64,000 nt of DNA from a virus: IMG/VR virus record IMGVR_UViG_3300037111_000040, positions 57,715-121,714 of that record; one strand, written 5' to 3'. Below the pieces are notes generated by a model. The model saw only the letters and a list, made by a program, of their open reading frames with translations. It did no database searches and was not told where the DNA came from. This document shows positions 46,161 through 55,893 of this stretch, piece by piece; positions within the stretch are counted from its first letter, which is position 1, and each line of letters opens with the position of its first letter. The translations under genes and the position numbers were made by a program.

Positions 46161-46234
46161 GTACCTGTCGTCCAACGGTAGGACGCACGCCCGATTAGCG
46201 TGTCATCGCGGTTCAAATCCGTGCAGGTACACCA
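46161..46234 (+). tRNA. tRNA-Ile(GAT)
   Basis: CACGC-CC GAT TA-GCGTG, A73-CCA. Confidence 0.8.
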
Positions 46235-46237
46235 AAT

Positions 46238-46699
46238 TTAGCGGCGCTTTTTGCGTTGGTGTGGACACCCACCGTAAAACTGTTTGGCTGCGTTGCAATT
46301 GTGACATAGAACTTGGAATATCGGAGGAAAGTTGTTTGCGATCAGCCAATAATACAATTGGGTGCCGTGTCCTACTTCGCGTCGATGTTTTCTACCATTT
46401 CCGTTGATGTGGTCGAGGGCTAAAAACTCGATAGTATCTTCGCCGCAGCACGCACACTTCGGGTGATTACCTCCGTAAGCTACAAGGCACTGGAGCCGTT
46501 TGCCTTGATTTCGCGCCTTGTGGAGAGTTGAAAGGCGAGCCTTGTTGCGCTCTCTGTATTCTTTTGAGTAGCCACTCATATATTCTGAGTGACACAACTT
46601 ACATCTCCCATCTGGAACGCGCATTCCATGCGACGTGCGCGTTGGGAAAGAAGTAATACGTTTACGGGATTTGCACTGGTTGCAAACTTTTGTTTTCAT
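46238..46699 (-). CDS. HNH-like endonuclease
   Basis: 'CACCGE...LALDHINGNG...FQVLCHNCN'. Confidence 0.8.
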   Translation of the reverse strand: MKTKVCNQCKSRKRITSFPTRTSHGMRVPDGRCKLCHSEYMSGYSKEYRERNKARLSTLHKARNQGKRLQCLVAYGGNHPKCACCGEDTIEFLALDHINGNGRKHRREVGHGTQLYYWLIANNFPPIFQVLCHNCNAAKQFYGGCPHQRKKRR

Positions 46700-46723
46700 G
46701 CTAAGATTCCCAATGGGGGAGAG

Positions 46724-47182
46724 ATGATTAGCAGCAAGGATTGGAGGTACCTGAAATATATTTTAGCCCATAAGCGATTTGTTTTCCAAGCTGGTCTAAA
46801 ATTTAGGGTACCAATTTGGAGACTGATAATCCACGACTACTCCAAATTTTTCCCCGTCGAGTGGATCGCGTATCGGGAATTCTTTTACGGCGAGCGGACA
46901 CAGGTGGTCAAGGATGCGTTCAGGATAGCGTGGCTGCACCACATCCACCTGAACAAGCACCACTGGAACCACTGGGTGTATTCGGACGAGAGCAGCACAC
47001 CGGTTCTGGAAATGCCAGAGATTTATCTTCGGGAGATGCTGGCCGATTGGTGGGGAGCCGGACGCGCGATCTTCGGAGTCTGGCGCGCGGATCAGTGGTA
47101 CGAAGAAAAGCGAGATGTGATCGTGCTTCACCCAAAGACGCAGGCCGAGGTGGAGAGGCGATTGACGAGTGTAAAGTTTTAG
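46724..47182 (+). CDS. HD-like phosphohydrolase-family protein (DUF5662-like)
   Basis: 'HK..V...HDYSKF...AWLHHIHLNKHHW...EMP...EMLADW'. Confidence 0.65.
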   Translation: MISSKDWRYLKYILAHKRFVFQAGLKFRVPIWRLIIHDYSKFFPVEWIAYREFFYGERTQVVKDAFRIAWLHHIHLNKHHWNHWVYSDESSTPVLEMPEIYLREMLADWWGAGRAIFGVWRADQWYEEKRDVIVLHPKTQAEVERRLTSVKF

Positions 47183-47224
47183 TGGGGCTGGTATCGGGTA
47201 GAATGGGCTCACGGGAGGTGACCG

Positions 47225-47482
47225 ATGGGCATGTTTTACGTGAATGCAGAAACCACGCTGCTGGATGATGAGTTCTTGATCGAGGCCGACGATTTTGTAA
47301 GCGCGACGATGAAGGCACTCGATTTCTTACGCGAGTTAGACAACAGAGTGGCGAAGCACCTCGGTGAGCCGGTCGCTGATTCGAAGATCATCACGCTCAA
47401 CGAAATCAAGGCGATCTGGGCAAACGAAGAAGGCATCCAGAAATGCCTTGAGAGGCTAGAAGCACATCAAGAAGACGAATAA
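47225..47482 (+). CDS. Hypothetical protein
   Basis: GGAGG RBS; 85 aa. Confidence 0.55.
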   Translation: MGMFYVNAETTLLDDEFLIEADDFVSATMKALDFLRELDNRVAKHLGEPVADSKIITLNEIKAIWANEEGIQKCLERLEAHQEDE

Positions 47483-47557
47483 GCGGGGCTGGTATATGGG
47501 TTGCTGCCTCAGCCTTCCAAGCTGAAGAAACGGGTTCGAGTCCCGTGCCCCGCTCCA
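47483..47557 (+). tRNA. tRNA-Gly(TCC)
   Basis: TCAGC-CT TCC AA-GCTGA, U73-CCA. Confidence 0.9.
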
Positions 47558-48219
47558 TCCTTTTCCGTGATAAACTGCGCCTTATGGCGTCCAGTTCCCT
47601 TCAACTCGTTCCTCCGCAAACCGTCTGGCACGCGACGCGAAACCGCACGCGCGAAGAGTTGTGGCACGCCGAGGGATGCAAATGCCACTGGTGTGGAAAG
47701 CCTACGCGCCTGTGCGCCAATCCAGAACCAGATCAAGCGACAATCGAGCACATCGTTTCTCGCGCAAAAGGTGGAACAGACGCGAGAGACAATCTGGTAT
47801 CCGCATGTCACTTATGCAACGCTCGCCGCGCATACGAGCAAGCTATGGGCGTTCCAGATGGTTCCATGCTTGCGACGTTTCCCGTCACAGATAGGCAAAA
47901 GAGAGCGTTCGGACTCGCAGTCCCTGTCGGGCCACAGGGAAAGCCAAACTACTATCGCCATATTGCGCTCACGGGAGACGAGAAAAAGGCGATCATGGCT
48001 GGGCAGGTTGCGCCTGCGCCCGTTCTCCACCACGCCGTGAGGCACAATGCTGAAGATGTTCTCCGCGAGCAACGCGATCAGGCGCTTCGCGAATTGACGC
48101 TCGCCCGCAACGAACTCAAGCTGTTCAGAAAAATCGTCGAGGATCAGGAAAAGGATTTGAAGACGATGACGGTCTGGAAGCTCATCCGGAAACGCATCTC
48201 AGAGTGGATCAGGCCGTGA
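47545..48219 (+). CDS. HNH endonuclease (start uncertain)
   Basis: 'CHWCG...ATIEHIVSRAKGG...NLVSACHLCN'. Confidence 0.75.
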   Translation: MPRSILFRDKLRLMASSSLQLVPPQTVWHATRNRTREELWHAEGCKCHWCGKPTRLCANPEPDQATIEHIVSRAKGGTDARDNLVSACHLCNARRAYEQAMGVPDGSMLATFPVTDRQKRAFGLAVPVGPQGKPNYYRHIALTGDEKKAIMAGQVAPAPVLHHAVRHNAEDVLREQRDQALRELTLARNELKLFRKIVEDQEKDLKTMTVWKLIRKRISEWIRP

Positions 48220-48992
48220 AACCCACAGATGCTTCTTGACACTCGACGGGAAATGCCCTACAAACAATCAAGCGCTCAGGTTGCCATGCGCTAGGGAACA
48301 GTGCCTCCCATTTGCGCTGCGATCCCTGCCCCTCGCGACGGGCGGTTTTCTTTCCTCCTCGGTTGTGCCGCCCGCCGCTTCCTCTCAAGCCACTTTGTCG
48401 AGCAGTTCAGCGTTGCGCTTGCGCGCGGCGCGCATGGCGCGCTCCCGGCTGTTCCGGCATTTCCGGCACTCTTTGATGATCTTGTCCCCACGCCTATGCG
48501 TGATCACGTTCTTTCCAGTCTTCAGGTGGCCTTTGCGGCAATGGTCCGATGCTTTGCGTGACATGGACCGACTTTAGCGCAGAACGCGGTCGTGGCGCAA
48601 GCACGGCGATCTCCTCGCCGGGTCTTCTTGCCAGCGTGCTTTCGCGGGAGGTGTTGCAGAGGATTTTTTGGAAACACTTAGAGAAGAGTTCGTGCGTTGA
48701 GTCCATCGGCGGGACTGGCGTTAGCGGAAATTTTACGCCGCAGCCGTTTCGAAATCAAGATTCGACCGAGCGATGAATCCCTCGTCGACAACGAGCGTGT
48801 CGAGCTTATGCTTCGTGGGCTCGGTGATCTCTGGCATATCCGGCCACGTGACGTATCCGGTGAGCCCGGTGATCCGGACGACAACTCCGGGCTCTCCGGC
48901 AATAGCGTTCGCCAAGTAGACCCTGTCACCAATTGTGATGCACTTGGTCATGCTTGCAGTATGCAAGCATAGGCGCAGATTGTCAAGGGATG

Positions 48993-49502
48993 CTACTCAA
49001 AGCAGGCGAATTCACCGAAGTGGAGCTTTGCGGCTTCACAGTAGGCTAGGTGACCAGCTAACGCGGTGGAGAAGTAGCCGAGATGCTTCACTTTCCCTTC
49101 GACATAAATGCGCGCCTGCCACTTTCCAATTCTTTTATGGAACGATGATCCCTTGTAGCCACTGGTGTTATGGGCTGTCATTCCTTTATTTTGATCCTGC
49201 TGCCCCCTTGTGGCGAAACGAATATTGTCGTCGGTATTGTCCAAAGTATCGTGGTTCCAATGATCGACAGTGCGTTTATCCCCCTTCTCTAAGCCCATGA
49301 TCTCCCGGTGCATGTATATCGTATAGCTCTTCTTCCCTCCTGCCATCGAGCTATTTCTAACGGCCCTGAAGGTTAGGGTAGTGGCGTCCCAAAGGGCAAA
49401 CCATTTGAAAGCATTGAGCGCTTTGTAGCGGTGGCTGCTAACGATGGTGAACTGGTCTTGGGTGAGGTAGATGATGCTGTATGCTTCAGGTGGGGATGTC
49501 AC
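48993..49502 (-). CDS. HNH-AP2 homing endonuclease
   Basis: 'YMHREIMG...VDHWNHDTLDN..NIR' plus AP2 'NTSGYKG...WQARI...LGYF'. Confidence 0.85.
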   Translation of the reverse strand: MTSPPEAYSIIYLTQDQFTIVSSHRYKALNAFKWFALWDATTLTFRAVRNSSMAGGKKSYTIYMHREIMGLEKGDKRTVDHWNHDTLDNTDDNIRFATRGQQDQNKGMTAHNTSGYKGSSFHKRIGKWQARIYVEGKVKHLGYFSTALAGHLAYCEAAKLHFGEFACFE

Positions 49503-49755
49503 CGATGGGCCTCCAGCGGCCTTGAGGATTGGGCGTTACAAGCGCCCGATGTCCCCATTATAGCGCCCCTAAATCAACAAATCCATCGTCTCCTCAACCG
49601 GTGTCCCGGTGGGAATCGCACAGTTCTTGTGGCGCAACCTTCCGTCGACCCCTATGAACCACTTGTGCGCCTTCTTGATCGGGTGGCCGCACTGGGCACA
49701 GATTCTCCGGCCCGCTGGTTGTAGGGACGGAGGGTTGATTTGCTGGCCGCACTTG

Positions 49756-50133
49756 TCACAGATCGTCATTGGAGCCTCGCGGGTCCTTCGGCTTGAGGCC
49801 CAGAACGTGCATCCCGATCAAGTGACATGGCGGGCAGCCGCCCAAGAGCGTGTTCCCCTGCGCCTCGGTCCAGCCAAAGCGCCGCTTGCTGTGGAGGTGG
49901 ACAAGGTGCCAGTGATCCCATGGGGTCTGGCCGTCCGAGGGGAGAAGGCCATGGACGTGATCGATGTGCAGCGGCTTGCCGTCTTCGCCGCGTAGCTCAC
50001 AGCGGCCCGCACAACGCGCGTAGACGCGTCGGCGCTCGGTGTCCTTCTCTTCCCTTGTCGGCTCGCCCCGGCGCGGCGTGGCGCGCCGCTTGCGCACGGG
50101 AGTGTGCCTTTTAATAGGACCTGACCTCTTCAC
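49756..50133 (-). CDS. HNH-like Zn-binding protein
   Basis: 'RCAGRCE...HLVH...N..GGCPPCH'. Confidence 0.55.
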   Translation of the reverse strand: MKRSGPIKRHTPVRKRRATPRRGEPTREEKDTERRRVYARCAGRCELRGEDGKPLHIDHVHGLLPSDGQTPWDHWHLVHLHSKRRFGWTEAQGNTLLGGCPPCHLIGMHVLGLKPKDPRGSNDDL

Positions 50134-50353
50134 AGGAGAACCTCACGCACTCCGACCGCCTCAAGAACCCTTTCCGGCACGAACCGCGTCCTGTAGTTCG
50201 CAAAGACCCACAGCCGCACAGCGTCATTCTTGGCGGCTTCCTTTTCTGTGATCCCGAGGCCGTGGAGAAGCAAATCGAATCCCGATGGGCAAATAGGCTC
50301 TTCATCCGTAGGCTTTCGCTGGCTTCGTAGTTGCCACCCCGAGGGACGTTTGC

Positions 50354-50785
50354 TCATGCGGGCACCGCCAACCGTTCACGAGGATACTTGAATCCCTTGC
50401 GCGGCCCGCGCTTGCGTATGGTCATTGAGTGGATAAGCCCCAGCAACTTTTCGGTCGAGCAATCTTCTTTCGATACGAGCGCATCGGCCATGTTCATCCC
50501 TGCGTCTGAAGTGTAGGCTTCCCCGAGCAACACCATGGGCACATGTTCGTTAACCGCTTTCATCTTAACGAGCAATTGCTTTCCAGTCATCCATCCACGG
50601 AGATGCTTCGCGTAATCCGCGATCAGCACCATTCGGATATCATACGTGGTCGAGAATGTGGCAATCGCCTTATCGGCAGTCGGAGCCGTGATGACTCTGT
50701 AGCCGTTAGTTTCGAGAGTGAACTTCATGATCGATAGTTCCTGCTCGTTCTCGTCTACGCAAAGAATAATAGTTTTGGGCCTCAT
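50354..50785 (-). CDS. Single-domain response-regulator receiver protein
   Basis: 'IILCVDENEQELSIMKFTLETNGYRVITA'; C-terminal 'RKRGPRKG'. Confidence 0.75.
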   Translation of the reverse strand: MRPKTIILCVDENEQELSIMKFTLETNGYRVITAPTADKAIATFSTTYDIRMVLIADYAKHLRGWMTGKQLLVKMKAVNEHVPMVLLGEAYTSDAGMNMADALVSKEDCSTEKLLGLIHSMTIRKRGPRKGFKYPRERLAVPA

Positions 50786-51258
50786 GGTTCTATACCCAGC
50801 GCTTTCATTTCGCGGTGACGCTCTCTGTGGTGGGGCGGGCAAAGCCATACCACTTCGAGTGGTTTATCGTAATTTTCGTGATGCGCGTGCGAATTTACTG
50901 CCCCGCACCGCTGACACGGCTTTGTCGCTAAGGTTAGATCATATCTTTTGCGGTTGTTGAACAAAAGTTGTGCGGCCCTTTTGCGCGGATTTTTGTCCCA
51001 CCATTTACGTGAGGCTCTCGCAGACGCAGCCCTTCCTTTTGGTGACTGGTTATAGAAGAACTTAGCAACCACGCGATGCGGCTCGGCATTCCTTTGATGG
51101 TCATACTCCCTCAACGTCTCCCGGTTCCCGCGCCGGTGTTTTTTAGCTTCGAACTTGCAACATTCTTTGCATTTGTTGAGGTGCCCGTCTGCCATCTCAG
51201 GATGGGTATAAAACTCATCCGAAGATTTTGGCTTTTTGCAGCGGATGCATATTTTCAT
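50782..51258 (-). CDS. HNH-like Zn-finger protein
   Basis: 'CIRCK...CKEC'; 'CQRCG...HHENYDKPLEVVWLCPPHH'. Confidence 0.7.
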   Translation of the reverse strand: MKICIRCKKPKSSDEFYTHPEMADGHLNKCKECCKFEAKKHRRGNRETLREYDHQRNAEPHRVVAKFFYNQSPKGRAASARASRKWWDKNPRKRAAQLLFNNRKRYDLTLATKPCQRCGAVNSHAHHENYDKPLEVVWLCPPHHRERHREMKALGIEP

Positions 51259-51291
51259 TCGCCAACTATACTACAACGGAACCTAAAACGG

Positions 51292-52803
51292 TCAAAAAGG
51301 AGCGGAGTATTCGTCTTTGTCTTTGTACATCGACGTTTGCTCCGCGCCCTTCTTCTTTTTCTTCGGTGTGTGTATGTACCCTTCTTGAACCGGAGCCTCG
51401 GCCTGCGTCAAGTGCAGTTCCTCTTCTCCGCCCTCGATCCGATAGTAGATCGGCGGTGCGGCGCAGTCAGCCTTCGTGTGAAACTGAATTTTGCGGATCA
51501 GGTTCCTCGGCTCAGCATCCGGATTCTCCACCGTGACGCCGATTCCCCATTCTTTCCAGCCATTGATTCCGCCGCCGCGCGCCCGGTCAAAGATCGTTCC
51601 CCTGTCACTTTTCGAGAGGTGATGGATGATGCAAACTTGGCACTTACCTTCGCGGCTGATTCTTTTTGCCGAGGCCAGCACTCGCGCTGTCTCCTGATTG
51701 TCGTTTTCGTTTCCCTCCCAGAGGTCACGGAACACGTCGAAGAAGACGAACTGGATTTGTCTTTCCTTGATCGACTCGATGATGTCGACGAGATCGGGAT
51801 TGCTCTGGAGCGTCCAGCTTTCGCGTTGTGACCGTGTGTTGATGTAAAGCCAATCTTCGAGGTCGAGCCCGGAGAGAAACATCTTCACCGACTCAGGCGC
51901 TCCTTTGAGCAGCCTCTTCAAACGGTTCTGGGAGAGGCCCGGAGCGTCCTCGCGCGCCACGAGGCCGACCTTGACCCTTTCCTTGATCTTATGTTGGAAC
52001 CACGAAACCCCGGCCACCATGTGCATCGCAAGATGAAACACGAGCAGCGATTTCGAGCTACCAGAGTCGCCGAGCACGAGGCCGTTGCCCTCTTTTTGGA
52101 TCAATCCCTCAACGGTCCAATCGACCACATCGGGAGCGCTTGTGATGAACGTCCGCGCGCCAACGAAGAACGGGATCGGATTCCGGGTGCGGAGAAGCAA
52201 CCGGCTGTCTTCTCTGAGGGTGAGGATTTCGCGTTCCACGAATTCGAGCGTGCTGACCGCTTCTTCGCTCTGATCGGCGGCGCGCGCAATCGCGGAGGAG
52301 CTAATGCCCATCAACCGGCGCGCGATGCTCTTGTCTTTGATGATGCGGATGTATTCGCTGATGACCGGGCGGCGCGGAAGCCCTTCAGTGAGTGACGCAA
52401 GATAGGCAACGCCGCCAATCGATTCGGTTTCCTTGTGCTTACCGAGTTCGTTTGACAACGTGACGATGTCGACCGGCATCGCCGCGTCTGATAGCTCGAC
52501 CATGCGGAGGAATATGCGACGGTGGGAGTCGAGCGAAAAATCGTCGGCGCGTATGACCTCTTTGGCTTCTTTGATCGCACTGTCGTCCAGCAGGATCGCT
52601 CCGAGGATCGTCCTCTCGGCGTCAAGGTTGGCGGGGAGCCCAGCCTCAAGCGTGAGGTCTGGGACCGTGGATGTTCCCGATCCACGGTATTCGTGCTTCC
52701 TGTCTGGCGGCGGCTCCGCTATTGGGCTCTCGACGAGAACTTCCTCGGGAGGCGGCTCAGGTGTTTGCTCGGCCATGAAGAAGTCGCCCGGATCGTCTTT
52801 CAT
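51292..52803 (-). CDS. Replicative helicase (DnaB N-terminal domain plus RecA-like AAA_25 domain)
   Basis: 'LPANLDAERTILGAILLD...DF..DSHRRIF'; 'GDSGSSKS', 'FFDVF', 'IIHHLSK'. Confidence 0.8.
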   Translation of the reverse strand: MKDDPGDFFMAEQTPEPPPEEVLVESPIAEPPPDRKHEYRGSGTSTVPDLTLEAGLPANLDAERTILGAILLDDSAIKEAKEVIRADDFSLDSHRRIFLRMVELSDAAMPVDIVTLSNELGKHKETESIGGVAYLASLTEGLPRRPVISEYIRIIKDKSIARRLMGISSSAIARAADQSEEAVSTLEFVEREILTLREDSRLLLRTRNPIPFFVGARTFITSAPDVVDWTVEGLIQKEGNGLVLGDSGSSKSLLVFHLAMHMVAGVSWFQHKIKERVKVGLVAREDAPGLSQNRLKRLLKGAPESVKMFLSGLDLEDWLYINTRSQRESWTLQSNPDLVDIIESIKERQIQFVFFDVFRDLWEGNENDNQETARVLASAKRISREGKCQVCIIHHLSKSDRGTIFDRARGGGINGWKEWGIGVTVENPDAEPRNLIRKIQFHTKADCAAPPIYYRIEGGEEELHLTQAEAPVQEGYIHTPKKKKKGAEQTSMYKDKDEYSAPF

Positions 52804-53180
52804 GCTTTCAACCTCTTCACTTCACGTCCCACGTATACCGGTAGCGTGAGGACTTCCTTTCGGCCCTCAGCAAAGTTCGGCCATTTTTCATGTGCGTCAC
52901 TCATCACTGAAAGGATGTCCCCGAGGGACGGGAGCGCCGTTTCTCCTTCGTCTCTCGGCGTCTCGGATAGAATCGCCATCGCCACCTGAAACGCCCGGAG
53001 ATCGGTGTTCTTCAGGTGGTTCGTGTAGGTCTCCAAAGCTAACTTCCAGTCCTGTGGGCTCAGCTTCACTTGCCTGCAAATCGCCATGTGTGTAAGCGCC
53101 GCCTTGATGTTCCCCTCTGGCGATAGATTCGGCAGAAACGCCCACAAGCGTTCCCATTCCTTGCTTAGATAAATTGGCAC
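52800..53180 (-). CDS. Hypothetical replication-module protein
   Basis: GGAGG RBS, GTG start; coupled to the helicase. Confidence 0.5.
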   Translation of the reverse strand: MPIYLSKEWERLWAFLPNLSPEGNIKAALTHMAICRQVKLSPQDWKLALETYTNHLKNTDLRAFQVAMAILSETPRDEGETALPSLGDILSVMSDAHEKWPNFAEGRKEVLTLPVYVGREVKRLKA

Positions 53181-53496
53181 CTGATCCTCCGGGTTGAAGT
53201 GGTTGTCCGTACCGGTTCAAAGGGGTTGTGTAAAGGGTCACATTCGCGAGCCAGAAGTAAACCCGGCTGCTGTGAACGACCGCCTCTGACTTCAGCCGGT
53301 TCCGAAGTAGCTGGGCGAACTGTTTGGCGCTGATGGTCGGGCAGGCGGTGAGGAAGTCGATGAGGGTGCAAATCTCTTTTTTCCCCCACGGGAGTTCGAA
53401 TTCTGGGTTGGCCTGCTTCCAGTACGCACTCAGCAAATCTACGAAGTCGTGGTAGCGGGGATCGAGTTCTTCGGGGACTATTTCGCGGCGTCTCAA
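52897..53496 (-). CDS. Hypothetical replication-module protein
   Basis: Coupled to the upstream initiator; 3' half overlaps the next ORF. Confidence 0.45.
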   Translation of the reverse strand: MRRREIVPEELDPRYHDFVDLLSAYWKQANPEFELPWGKKEICTLIDFLTACPTISAKQFAQLLRNRLKSEAVVHSSRVYFWLANVTLYTTPLNRYGQPLQPGGSGANLSKQGMGTLVGVSAESIARGEHQGGAYTHGDLQASEAEPTGLEVSFGDLHEPPEEHRSPGVSGGDGDSIRDAERRRRNGAPVPRGHPFSDE

Positions 53497-54029
53497 TGCT
53501 TCTCTCCCTGCAAAATCTCCATGGCTTCCGTCAACCCCCCTTTGGGGGGTGAAGGGGGGTGTATTTGCTTTTCTGTCTCTGTCCCTGTCCCTGTCCCTGT
53601 ACGTGTGTCGGCGGAGCGTGACGGTCCGGCAGGCACAGCGACACGGTGACCGTTCGGTGACTGCACGTATATGACGCCCGGTGACCGTGCGCTATTCGTT
53701 CGGTTAGCGGCCCCGCGTCGAGCATCGAAGATTCTCTTGGCTTCCAACCACTCTTCGTAACAGGTTTCGTTGCGCAGGCGATTGCCATCAACCACATCAA
53801 ATTTCCGGATAATTCTGGGTCCGTGGATGGCCCAAAGCTCGTCCCCCAAGCCACTATTTTCGGCAAGGTCGAGCGAGTCTGCTGAGACGGTGCAATCGTC
53901 GGTTTGCCATGCGCAGGAGAGGAGGTATAGGTAGCCGATCCGGGCGGACGGATGCATGGCTTGCACGGCTGGGGAGCCCTTAAAGGCGTCGATTCGGAAC
54001 GGCATCCACTGTTGCCACTTAGCAGGCAA
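53493..54029 (-). CDS. Putative replication initiator (DUF1376/YdaU-like)
   Basis: 'WMPFRIDAF...M.PSARIGYLYLL..AW'; 'TGTGTGTETE' linker. Confidence 0.65.
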   Translation of the reverse strand: MPAKWQQWMPFRIDAFKGSPAVQAMHPSARIGYLYLLSCAWQTDDCTVSADSLDLAENSGLGDELWAIHGPRIIRKFDVVDGNRLRNETCYEEWLEAKRIFDARRGAANRTNSARSPGVIYVQSPNGHRVAVPAGPSRSADTRTGTGTGTETEKQIHPPSPPKGGLTEAMEILQGEKH

Positions 54030-54446
54030 AACTCCCCCTCTTCCCCTTTCGGACAGGGGAATATCCTCGGCAAAATCAACGCCTGCGCCATCGAAAAGGA
54101 AATCCGAACGGCCTACTCTCCTGAAAGGTGGTTGGGGCCAGTTGAGGGAACCGGCCCCCAGACCTGTTCGGACAAGGAGGCATCTGGGAGCTACCCAGAC
54201 TCGGCAACCATAGGTCACAAAAGGTTGCCTGTCAAGCGAGAAAAAGAGGATTTCCACAGGCAAAAGTGGAAATGTGGACCAAGATAGTCAACCCATCAAA
54301 CGGCACGATCTGTATCGCTTACAGAAATACACAGACAGAGATGGGGTTTAGTAATCAACAAAATTCCACACTTTTCTATTGACAAGCTGCGCTTTCGGGT
54401 CTACGTTGATTTCAATAAAGCTGAATCCATCAGCGGGAGCGAGCAA

Positions 54447-54998
54447 GTGAAAGAGCGTGATCTGCAAGACGTGAAGGTTGGCGACATGATCGCCGCCATG
54501 AGCCACAACATCGGGCGTGTGGACCGGTGGACCGGGGCTATCCACGAAGTCAAGAAGGTGACAGCCAAGCAATTCATGGTCATCGGACGATGGTTTGAGA
54601 AGGCGACCGGCAGGGAACGTCGCCGCTCCATGAGCCAGTACCACTACGAACTGGCAACGCCTGACCAGATCGAGGCCAACCGGAAACGCGCCGCCGCGCG
54701 CACCGTTGAAGATGCGAAACGCGGCAGTTTTTACGCGCGGCCCGAGCAGAAAGACGTTTCCGCGATCTTCCGACTTCTCTCCGACATGACTCCTGATAAT
54801 CATCCTCTCGACCGGCTGACGCCAGCGGAGTGGGCCGCGCTGCGGCGCAGGCTGGGGGCACTGGACTCTGGCGACTGGTCGTGGCAGTGCAACGAGTGCG
54901 GATCAAACGAATTTTCGTCATCGGTGAGCGAGCACGATCTGGAGAGTCTTTCGTGTACAAACTGCGGCGGCAACGAGTTCCATAAGGTGAAGGCGTGA
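54447..54998 (+). CDS. Hypothetical protein with C-terminal Zn ribbon
   Basis: 'CNECG...CTNCGG'; TTGACA at 54379 upstream. Confidence 0.55.
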   Translation: MKERDLQDVKVGDMIAAMSHNIGRVDRWTGAIHEVKKVTAKQFMVIGRWFEKATGRERRRSMSQYHYELATPDQIEANRKRAAARTVEDAKRGSFYARPEQKDVSAIFRLLSDMTPDNHPLDRLTPAEWAALRRRLGALDSGDWSWQCNECGSNEFSSSVSEHDLESLSCTNCGGNEFHKVKA

Positions 54999-55341
54999 CG
55001 GCGCTCTGGAGTTCAGTGGGGAAGATCGAGGTGACTGCACCTCGCGCATTGGCAATCATCACAGAGAAGATGATCGCCTCGCTGGCACGCGGCACAGACG
55101 CGAAGGATCGGAACCATGGTGTAGTAGGGCTTTTTCTTCTTCTGGTTTTTCGGTGCGCCGTTCTGCGATCCGGGGCATACTCTGTACTCGTCGGTGAAGA
55201 TGCCGCGCGTGAGGTGAAAAGTCACCCTGCCCTTGTCGCTTGGCACGGTCTGGCCGCACACGGGGCACTCCAGCATCGCGCGGAAAGATTTGATGGTCGG
55301 CACAACAGACATGATACTCTGCGCCGGGAAAGGTTTGACGG

Positions 55342-55776
55342 ATGAAATTCGATGACTCACTGGCGGAAAGCTTGCATGTGGCGTTGAGGAAGGGCTGCGA
55401 TTCCAGCGCAAGTTCGGCGGCGTGGAACCTAATCTACCTTCTCAAGCCGAAACAGTGGAATGGATTTCTCAAGCACGTCGAAGACGGCTTCGCGACCTAT
55501 TCGCTGACGGCGACTGGCGAGACAAAAAAGCTGACTGAGCGCATGACGACGGCAGCTTTATCGAAGCAACTCAAAGCGGTCGTCTCGAAGTGGAAGCCCT
55601 ACGGCGAGGGGCACGAGGCCGTCGCGCTCCATTGCGTCTTCGATCTTTTCTCTGAAAACGATTGGTACGGATTCGCGAGCTTCCTTCACTACAGCATCGA
55701 GAAAGAGAAGGCGTCAAGGCATGAGCCAGAAATCAAAAAAGCCGCAGGAAAAGAAAAAGCCCGAGCCCGATCCTGA
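55342..55776 (+). CDS. Hypothetical protein
   Basis: 144-aa ORF in a co-oriented block. Confidence 0.5.
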   Translation: MKFDDSLAESLHVALRKGCDSSASSAAWNLIYLLKPKQWNGFLKHVEDGFATYSLTATGETKKLTERMTTAALSKQLKAVVSKWKPYGEGHEAVALHCVFDLFSENDWYGFASFLHYSIEKEKASRHEPEIKKAAGKEKARARS

Positions 55777-55893
55777 AACGGAGCCGGACTGGGAGGGGAA
55801 GTGCGAAGTTTGCGGCGCATCTCCAGTCGTCCCATGCACTGGAATGTGCGGACCTTGTACTTTTGGTGAAGCTGACACTGCTGGGGGAAACTG

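Noticed and set aside
53575-53600. CTGTCC hexamer repeat as replication-origin iterons
   Set aside because: Only about three copies, and fully explained by the TGTGTG linker of the initiator protein.
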